DNA of 35,534 bases from NCBI RefSeq assembly GCF_001194135.2, contig NC_069005.1:31300536-31336069 (forward strand), in the 5' to 3' direction. The translations under genes were made by a program, and so were the position numbers. The notes beneath the pieces are model-generated. The model ran no database searches. It worked only from the letters and a program-made list of their open reading frames with translations, and was not told the origin of the DNA. Below are positions 22,516-33,300 of the stretch, piece by piece (within the stretch, counting starts at the first letter, position 1; each line of letters opens with the position of its first letter). Source of the stretch: Octopus bimaculoides. Its lineage: Eukaryota.

Positions 22516-25500
22516 TGTTTGTCCCCACAACATCGCTTGACAACCAATGCTGGTGTGTTTACTTCCCCGTAATTTAGCAGTTCGGCAAAAGAGACCAATA
22601 GAATAAGTACTAGGCTTTCAAAGAATAAGTCCTGGGGTCAATTTTCTCAACTAAAGGCGGTGCTCTAGCATGGCCACAGTCAAATGACTGAAACAAGTAA
22701 AAGAGTAACGCCCAGTCTGGGAATTAAAACCACGATCCTATGACCTCGAGTCTGCTGCCCGAACCACTGGGTCAATTGCACCTCCACAAATACCAAATAT
22801 ATTAATACAAAAACAAGTTAAAGAAGGGATCCACTTACTTATTTCACTGTTTTGTCTATCAAAACTGATTTCTGCTGGCATGGAGATGTTAGTGGCAGAG
22901 TGTAACGTGGATTGATTGGTTTCTTTGACTTCAAGGATTTCATAAGTTTCCGAAGACTTCCTTGCGTCTAAATAGTCCGGCCGTGCTGCAGAGGCAATGT
23001 CATCATATATGTTGCTGACAGCATACCTCTCGTCCTCAGACAACGATGTCAATGGTACTGGGTCTTCCAATGGTGGGGGTGGAGGCAGCACGGGACTTGG
23101 AGGTTGTGGTGGAGGCACGACTGGTGCTGCAATTTTCTTTTTTGCTTGGCTTGTGGAGGCTTCTTCTGGGCTTTCATCATCTTCTGCTATTGATGAAGAT
23201 GATGTAGCTGACGCCTCACCCATTGCGGCCGGTATGGCCAGCTGTTCTCCACCAATTGACAATGTGCTCTTTCTCGAATAGCGCTGGAGTCCATTACTCA
23301 TTTCCATTACCTGTATCGGTTCTTCCTTCTTGCTAAATGCAGATGAAACTGCAAATTCAGACGGACTGAAACTGAAGTTGCTGAACGCCAGTGTGGCTTT
23401 TGTGTGTAAATCAAATTCTGTAGAATTGTCCTTATTGAAACAAATATCGTAAATGGTCCCAACAAGCAACAGCAGAAAGTAAACTGAAAAAAAAACCCTG
23501 AAATTATATATATATATTATACATATATTTTATATATAAATACACACATACACAGACACACACACAGACACACATGTGGTTGGCATTAGGAAGAGGATCC
23601 AGTCATGCCGAGACATTCTTAGTTGTGAAAATAGTTGTCAATGTTGTACAACACATGCCATTATTTTGTTTGTTTTATTTAATATTTGTGTCTGGCTTGC
23701 AAGAGAAAAATCATTGACAAGCTCACAAGTAGCAGTGAAAGAGCTTTGATAAACAAAAACAATACAAATGGCGGTGCCCCAGCATGGCCACAGCTCATGA
23801 GCTGAAACTAAGAAAAGAAAAGAAAAGAAAATGACTTATTGTTTAACGAAGTTAAACAATATATTAGATAGTTGGATATTTAACCAATTGACTAATAATC
23901 TATCCTACTGGGGAGGGGGCCAGTCAATTAGATCGACCCCAGTGTGCAACTGGTACTTAATTTATCGACCCCGAAAGGATGAAAGGCAAAGTTGACCTCG
24001 GCGGAATTTGAACTCTGAACGTAATTAAAGATGAAATACCACTAAGAATTTCACCCGGTGTGCTAATGATTCTGCCAGCTCCCTGCCCTCCCAATTGACT
24101 AATGATAAACGAGTGGAAATGAACCAGTGTGTGTGTTAATAATATTGGCATGATGAAAATAAAAATTTGTTTTATTGTTTATCCTTTGTTAAAAATGGCA
24201 GCTCAAACAAAATATGAGCAAAGTACAGCACTGAAAAGCCTAGTTGGAGGTCCAACCTTCCAAGTTCTTTTACAGGGCTTAGAAAAACTGAAGGACTGCT
24301 ACTACAATAAGTGTGTGAATCTGAGAGGGGAAATATGTTGTATAAAATCATAATTAACTGATCCTCCTGTATTTTCTTTTACCTAAATCCAGGAACTTTT
24401 CAGTACCCCCCTCGTATACACCCATAGTATGTGTGTGTATGTGTGCATGTACGTTTATATGCATGTGTTTGAGAGCATGTGTGCATATGAATATGTGTGC
24501 ACACATGGGTGTGTTTGTATATGATTAACTTTGTCATAAGGGAAAATGTATGGGGGGGGGTGTATAGATGGTAGGGTGGTTGGGTGGAACATTATAAAAT
24601 CTTTCAATACTTACAAAGCTCCGATTGCCTCATTGTGCTTCAAGAGATTCGGTGGTTTCTTGCAGACAACACTTGTTAAATTCACCGGAGCAAATCTTTG
24701 GATTATATCTAGAGCAAGAACAAAAAAGGTGAGGGGGTGCTGAAAAGTTCCTGGCTTTAAGGGTATCGTGAAAGACCTGTTTGGAAACCCAACATTCTGA
24801 GTTCTTTTAAAGGGCTTAGAAAAATTGAAGGACCGCTGCAATAAGTGTGTGAATCTGAGAGGGGAATATGTTGAATAAAATCATGATTAACTGATAGTCT
24901 TGTATTTTCTTTTACCCAAAAGAGGAACTTTGTAGCACCCTCTTGTATACTATATTCAAATTACGTACTTTTTTGCTCAGTCAGTGTGGAGTCACTCATT
25001 TCAGGTTCAATATCCACTATAAAGTGGCAGCTATACAACAACATCAGCAACAACAACATCATCCTTATCATCACCAATAACAACAACAACAGCAGCAGCT
25101 TCTTCCTCCTTCACATCATCACCATCATCATCATCAGCTCCATCGTCGTTAACAATAACAACGTCAACAACAGCAGCAACTTCATTATCATCATCATTGT
25201 CATCACCACCACCACCACCTTTACTATCGTCATCATCATCATCATCATCATCATCATCACCGTCATTATCAACATCACCTACATCTTTCAAGCCTTCGCA
25301 TATTCTCTGTAGTCATAGCCCATGTTCTACTGTTACCTAGCATAGCTGTACATATGCAGGCATCATACAATCTGCCTTTCACTCTGAGAAAGGGGCCGTT
25401 AGTTACTCTTAGTCATTAATTTAAAATTTTGATGGCAGGTTTTCCTTTAGATCAGGGGTTTTCAAACTGTGGTCCGCAAGGACAAGACAGGGGGTCTGTG

Positions 25501-27348
25501 GACAGCAAATACTTTTTATGGGCAATTTGATTTTATATATGTTTTTTAATTGAAATCTTTTAATTGACAATAAACCTATTTTGTTAAATACTGTTAAATA
25601 AATAAATGTAAAAATATGTTATTTTAAGCAAATATTTATGTATAAATTTCATAAGTGTTTATAAGGGGGTCCCTAAGGTAAAGCCTGAAATATAAAGTCA
25701 AAAAGTTTGAAAACCCCTGACCTACATCACCACCACCACCACCACTACAACCAACAGCAAAAAACATAATTTTTACTCACTGAACGCAGGTGTAAAGAGA
25801 GTTTTCATTTCAGGTGCTGAGCATCGTTGCGTGGTACAAATATCCCAGATCACTGACATACCATGTAATTGTTGACCGAAAAGGGGTAACAGCGCCGCCT
25901 AGTGGATAAAGAAAATGGAAGCATTTTCAGTCTTAGTTGCACAAGAAGTGATTCTCATTGACATTTGTATCAACACATCAACCTGGAGGTGTTTACCATT
26001 CTCCAAGCTACCACTTTAACAACACATCTTTTTGACGTTCTCAGAGCTGCATCTAAGAAAACAGTCACCTATGTTTTCACCCAGAATTGAATCCTTAATA
26101 TGGTTTCTTCTCAGTCACAAGTCCTTTGATTCCAATGGCTTTTCTCCTTCAACAGCTGCTCTCTGAAACTCACTGCTATCATTTCGTTTTCCTCTGGACT
26201 TTCGGGCATCGTTTAGAGAGAGGTTTTCCAGGTCAAAGGATGATGTAGAATTTTCTCTTTATTTATCTCCAAATGTTTTATGAAATAAAAAGGGAAACTT
26301 ACCGGAATTTTTTTTATAAATCCTTCCTTGGGGAAATCTATTTTTACAGAACAGTATTGTCCATGAATCAATGGATTGTGTTCACTAATATTTCCTGGAC
26401 CAAATGGACTCTTAATCTTTAGACAACTTTCATAATCACCAGCCCAATGAACAGCACCTTGTAGAATACCAGCTGGAGGTTTTCCACTTGCGTCAAGTAC
26501 TAAATGGAAAAGAAGCAGAAAACATGACAACCAGTTGTTATTATTATTAATATCATTATTAAGGCGGTGAGCTGGCAGAAACGTTAGCACACCAGGTGAA
26601 ATGCTTAGCGGTATTTCAGCTGTTGCTATGTTCTGAGTTCAAATTCCACCAAGGTCGACTTTGCCTTTCATCCTTTCGGGGTCAATAAATTAAGTACCAG
26701 TTGTGTACTGGAGTCGATCTAATTGNNNNNNNNNNNNNNNNNNNNNNNNNNNNNNNNNNNNNNNNNNNNNNNNNNNNNNNNNNNNNNNNNNNNNNNNNNN
26801 NNNNNNNNNNNNNNNNNNNNNNNNNNNNNNNNNNNNNNNNNNNNNNNNNNNNNNNNNNNNNNNNNNNNNNNNNNNNNNNNNNNNNNNNNNNNNNNNNNNN
26901 NNNNNNNNNNNNNNNNNNNNNNNNNNNNNNNNNNNNNNNNNNNNNNNNNNNNNNNNNNNNNNNNNNNNNNNNNNNNNNNNNNNNNNNNNNNNNNNNNNNN
27001 NNNNNNNNNNNNNNNNNNNNNNNNNNNNNNNNNNNNNNNNNNNNNNNNNNNNNNNNNNNNNNNNNNNNNNNNNNNNNNNNNNNNNNNNNNNNNNNNNNNN
27101 NNNNNNNNNNNNNNNNNNNNNNNNNNNNNNNNNNNNNNNNNNNNNNNNNNNNNNNNNNNNNNNNNNNNNNNNNNNNNNNNNNNNNNNNNNNNNNNNNNNN
27201 NNNNNNNNNNNNNNNNNNNNNNNNNNNNNNNNNNNNNNNNNNNNNNNNNNNNNNNNNNNNNNNNNNNNNNNNNNNNNNNNNNNNNNNNNNNNNNNNNNNN
27301 NNNNNNNNNNNNNNNNNNNNNNNNNNNNNNNNNNNNNNNNNNNNNNNN

Positions 27349-27379
<31 letters not shown>

Positions 27380-30300
27380 TATACATAAATACTTTATATA
27401 TGTGTGTTTGTATATTATATTATCCCTAAAACAATAATCATTGTGCCACATACAAAGCACCTAGTATACTCTGTAAAATGGCTGGTGTTAGGAAGAGCAT
27501 CCAGCAATAGAAACCATGCTAAAACAGACAACTGGAGCCTGGTGCAGCCTGTAAAATATGGATTGTATAATTTTTTGGAAAATCTTATTTCCATGACAAA
27601 AGAATTTTGAGAACTTCAGTCATAGACTACAGACACTTCTGTAGACTGCACCTATAGTTGTATCCAGCTATCTTTTATACATAGACAACCTCAAGGGGTA
27701 TGTTAAATGTAAACAATGTACACAAATCAGTGTTCAGTTATATAGTGAAAACAAATAATAAAAATAACACCACTGAAACATACTAATAGTAATGGCTTCT
27801 AATATAAGTCAAAAGCGATATGTTCTGGAAAGAGACGTGTCGTGTATTTAGATAATATTGATGCATGCTTACATCTTTTCTGCCAACCTATTGACAAGTT
27901 TAGTATGTTGGACATAACCATGTGTGTGTCATTCATACAACCTTTGGTGATATTCCTGTCAATTCCTTTATATGCATTGAGAAACTGTAAAAGAAAAAGA
28001 AATTAAAAACAAAATCAATTTTCAATTCTGTTGTTTAACACCAGGTCAACCATTGATCTGATAGACCTATAATCATAGCTATTCCAGCAGCAATGACACT
28101 GTATCTTTTAACCCACACATTGTGCATCAAAGACTACACTATCCAATGTGCCCTTCTTTTTTAATGATACTAGGATCCCATTTGAGAGAGATTTGGCTGC
28201 AATGCTTAGAAGGCTTAGAGAAAAGGTGGTTCTTGGTAAATTCGGAACAGAAACCCAGCTATTATGGCTAAGAGCAAATTCCGATGAAGAAAAATTTAAA
28301 GTGATTTATGCACAAATGCAAACAGAAATTTTAAAAACATCCAAAGACCAAGAAGACAATATTAAACTTTGTAGAAACTCTGCCAGATCAGATTGGAGCC
28401 TGGTGTCGCGTCCTGGTCCACCAGTCCTCAGTCAAATCGTCCAACCCATGCTATGGAAAGTGGACGTTAAACGACGATGATGACGATGATGATATTGTAG
28501 AGTTACAAAATTTGACTTGTGCATATTAATTTCCATCAGGTCCCTTATATTGTATCAAAATTTCATGCATTTATTTGTAAAATTAACCAAATGATTAAAA
28601 ATTGAAACCCATCAGTGGCTTTTGGGACACCCAATACAAGATCATCTGACTGAATTTATCAAAATTCTAATGAATGATCTCTGTTTCTGAGAACCAACTC
28701 TTTCTGGTTTTTTTTTATTAAACCATGTGATTATACATGCATTATCCAGTGCATGTGGTATAGAAATGCATGTAGGATAAATATAGAGCTTCTGATCTCA
28801 CCTTATCATATCTGAACTTTTATTATCGTATGGAAGTACGGAAAATGATAAAGAAGGAAAACAATAAGACGTGTGTGTGTGTGTGTGTGTGTGTGCTTCT
28901 TTATGTATGTACGTATAAGTGTATGCGTGTATATATATGTGGGATATGCATATGTGTGAATGTGTATGTATGCATGTATATGTATATATATATGTTAATA
29001 TATATGTGTATGTATATGCATATATGCATGGTCATGCGTGTATGCGTGTTTTTGTATATACTGCGTGTATGTGTTTATATATGTGTATATGTATGTGTGT
29101 ATGTATGCATGTATAGGTGTATGTTTATATATGTGTAGGTGTGTGTATGTGTGCATGAGTGTATGTGTGTATGAATGTATATCTGTATCAATATATCTAT
29201 GAATCTATGAATATATTTATGTGTGTATATATGTAAATATCTATGTATGTGTGTGCATATATGTATATGCATATGTGTGTGTGTATTTATGTAGATGTGT
29301 GTGCATGCATGTATGTTGGTATGTATGTATCTATATATATCTATTAATGTATATATATATTTATGTATATATGCATGAGTACATGCATGTATATGTATGT
29401 ATGTGTGTATATATGTATTCATATGTATCTATGTATGTGTGTGGGTATATATGTGTATGAGTGTATGTATGTGTATGTGTATCTGTAGCTATATATCTAT
29501 GAATGTATGTATATATTTATATATATATGCATGAGTACATGCATGTATATGTATGTGTGTATATATGTATTCATATGTATCTATGTATGTGTGTGGGTAT
29601 ATATATGTATGTGTATGTGTATCTGTATCTATATATCTATGAATGTATGTATATATTTATGTATGTATGTGTGTGTATGTATATGTGTACGTATGTGTTT
29701 ATGTGCGTATTTATGTAGATGTGCATGCATGTATGTATGTATGTGTATATGCATATCTGTATGTATGTATGATATAAAGCAAAGAGCCATCCAAACACAC
29801 AGAGACAATACAAGAAGAAAACAGGTCATTTAACAACCTTTGAACAGTTGACATATCTCCATTGTAGACACATTGATACAAACAAGGCTGAAATCGCAGA
29901 TCTACCCTATATTTTCAGACAAAGCAACGAGAAGAAGAGCCTCAATGCAGTCACTCAACATGCTAGAAATATTAACCAAATCTCACTCAAATTACACATT
30001 ATTTTAAGTTTGTTTGTTAGTTTGGCTAAACAAAATATTAGCCATAAGATATTCTCTAGCAGTTCAACAGATACATCACTTCAATATAATCTGATTTCTC
30101 TCATGATTAGGTTCAAAGAATATATTTAAATGCTAGTGAGGGAGATAGTTTTCTTATCACAATAGAAGTGATAGTACGTTGAGCTGCCATGCTATCTGCT
30201 ACAATAGATAACAACAGATCTAAAATATCGGCTATCAGACCTAACGGTGATTTTGTTTTCATTTTCATTTGATCAAAAGTACACAGTTAATAAATACCCA

Positions 30301-33300
30301 CATGCACACTCTGTTACGTCTGTCCACTGAGCAGTTTCTACAACAACTCAAGCTGCTGCATTAGAACAGAGTATGGATACAAAGGTTTTCTTAAGATCAT
30401 CACTGTAGTAAGACAAAGCTGTCTCTTGTCACCAATGTTGTTTCTGATGGTCATCGATTTTTTTTTATGCAAAGATCAATGGTGTGACCAGCTGTAGGGA
30501 TACTATGGACAGCAAGGGAGCAGCTAACAGACTTGGATTTTGCCAATGAGTTTACCCTGTTGGCTGAGAATCACCCAACATTATACAAGAAATGACGACA
30601 AAAATGTAAAGGAAAGTGGCAAAAACTGGGTTATGAATCAGCAGTAAAAAAAAAAGGGGGTAATGCAAGCTGGGAAACGAGTAGAAAGGGTACCAGTGAA
30701 AGTTGGACGAGAACCAGTTGAAGAAATTATGAACCTCACATATTTGAGAAGCATAGTGACAAGCAATGGTGATGCAGAAACAGATGTAAGCCACAGAATT
30801 GGCAAGGTAGTAGCAGTCTGCTTCTATGGAGAATTTCCAGTGATACTCACTGCCACAGCGAACCCCCAAACCTCTTAGGGCTCATTTCTCAATGAAGCTG
30901 CAGTTATCCTGATTTGGTATAGGAAAACGGCAATGTAGGGTCTGAGAAGACTTGAGGTCTTTATGGTGACTGGCACGGGGACTGGCTGGTCAGGCTCTTG
31001 TATTTGTTTATCTTCCTCCCCTCTGTGTTACAAGCAGCAATACTTGGACAATGACAGAGTCGTTATCACGCTGGACAAAATGCTTAGTGGTATTTCACCT
31101 GTCGCTATGTTCTGAGTTCAAATTCCGCCAAGGTTGACTTTGCCTTTCATCCTTTCAGCTATGATGAAATAAGTACCAGTTGAACACTGGGGGAGGGTGT
31201 AATTGACTCATCCCCATCCCCCAAAATTGCTGCTGCCCTTGTGGCAAAATATCAAACCCTTATTATCATTGCAGGCAGAGTCGTTTAACATGCTGGGCAA
31301 AATGCTTGGCAGCATTTCTTCTGTCTTTTATGTTCTGAGTTCAAATTCCACTGAAGTCCACTTTGGCTTTCATCCTTTCAGGGTCGATAAAAATAAATGT
31401 CAGATGATATTGACTTGTCACTTCCTCTAAAATTGCACTTTTTTTTTTTTTGAGCAGAAATTTGAGACAATTACTATAATTATCGTTAGGGCCGTAAGGC
31501 GGCAGCATCGTTAGCAAATCAGATGAAATACTTAGTGGTTTTTTGTCCATTTTTATGTTCTGAGTTGAAATTCTGCTGAGGTTGACTTAGTCTTTCATGA
31601 TCTCAGAGGCAATAAAGTACCAGTCATCTACTAGGGTTGATATAATCAACAAGTCACTTCTCACCAAATTTCAGGCCTTGTGTCTATAGCAGAAATAATT
31701 ATTATCATTATTATTAAAATAGCAAGTTGGCAAAAAGCTTAGTGGCATTTTGTTCACTTTTATGTTCTGGGTTGAAATTCTACCTTTTGAGGTTGATAAA
31801 TTAAGTACCAAACACTGGAACTAAGGTAATTGACTTGTCCACTATTCCGAAATTTCAGGCCTTGAGTCAACTATAGTTTAAAGGATTATTGCCTTTATTG
31901 TTAAGATGGGAAGCTGGCAGAATCATTAGCATGCTGGACAAAGTGCTTTGTGGCATTTCATCTGTCTTTATGATCTGAGTTCAAATTCCACTGAGGTCAA
32001 CTTTGTTGTTCACCCTTCCAGGTTTGTTAAAATACAATACCAACCATTTCTACTATAGACACAAGGTCTGAAATTACATCAACCCCAGTGTTTCACTGGT
32101 ACTTACCATATTTTAATGTATATAAGAAACTCTCTTTTGTCAAAAATTAGGTTAAAAAATATGAGATATTATGATAATCTTTTACAAAACCTTTTTTCCA
32201 AATTTTAAGCCCCAAAAATTAGGGGGTTCCTTATACACATTAAAATATGGTAACTTATTGACCGCAAAAGGATGAAAGGCAAAGTCGACCTCGGCAGAAT
32301 TTGAACTCAGAACATAGCGACAGGTAAAATACCACTAAGAATTTCATCCAGTGTGCTAACAATTCTGCCAGCTCACCGCCTTCTGAGCAACGATAATAAT
32401 GGTTGGCGTTAGGAAGGGCATCCAGCTGTAGAAACTCTGCCAAATCAGACTGGAGCCTGGTGTTGCCATCCGGTTTCACCAGTCCTCAGTCAAATCGTCC
32501 AACCCATGCTAGCATGGAAAGCGGACGTTAAACGATGATGATGATGATGATGTTTCTAGTGTAGGGACCAGAAATTTGCAGGGAGAATCTAATTGTTAGT
32601 CAATTATACCAATTCAAGTACTTGACCAGTGCTTTATTTTACAGACTGTGTAGTGGTGAAAGTTAAAGTTGGTCTTAGTGAGATTTGAACCCAGAATGTA
32701 AAAATCCATTATAAATACTATACCAACTTTTTTTCCAATAATCTAAAACATTCTAAGGCTGTGTGTAAGGTGGCAGAATCGTTAGCACAGCAGGTGAAAT
32801 ACTTAGCAGCATTCCATGTCTTTACGTTCTGAGTTCAAATTCCACCGAGGTCGACTTTGCCTTTCATTCTTTCAGGGTCAATAAAATAAAGTACCAGTTG
32901 AGTGCTGGGGTTAATGCAATCAACTTGCCTCCCACAACCCCGAAATTGCTGGCCTTGTGCCAAAATTGGAAACCAACGACTGGACAATTCTGCCAGCTCA
33001 ATTCCTTGGATAGCTGTTGTCTGATTTAGGCCCAGGGCCATCAATAATAATAGGAAAGGGGTGAGTCAACTAAACAGACCCCAGTACATGACTGGTATCT
33101 TATTTTATCCACTCTGAAAGGATGGAAACCAAAGTCGCCCTGGTGGGAATTTGAACTCAGAATATAAAGAACTGCAATAAAAACACTAATAAATAACGCC
33201 AACAAAAACAGGCCTTTCTTTCATTGCTCAACCTGCTAGAAATAACAACAAAATTTCCCTCAAATTATATCTTTGAAAAGAAAAGGTGGGGGGGGCATTG

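Noticed and set aside
26682-27460. 200+ aa ORFs made of X (also 2600-2929, 13656-14183, 20825-21466)
   Set aside because: Read-through of N gaps and (TA)n.
28830-29833. Cys/Val/Tyr/Met-rich ORFs (also 34146-35080)
   Set aside because: Translations of TG/TA/GA microsatellites.
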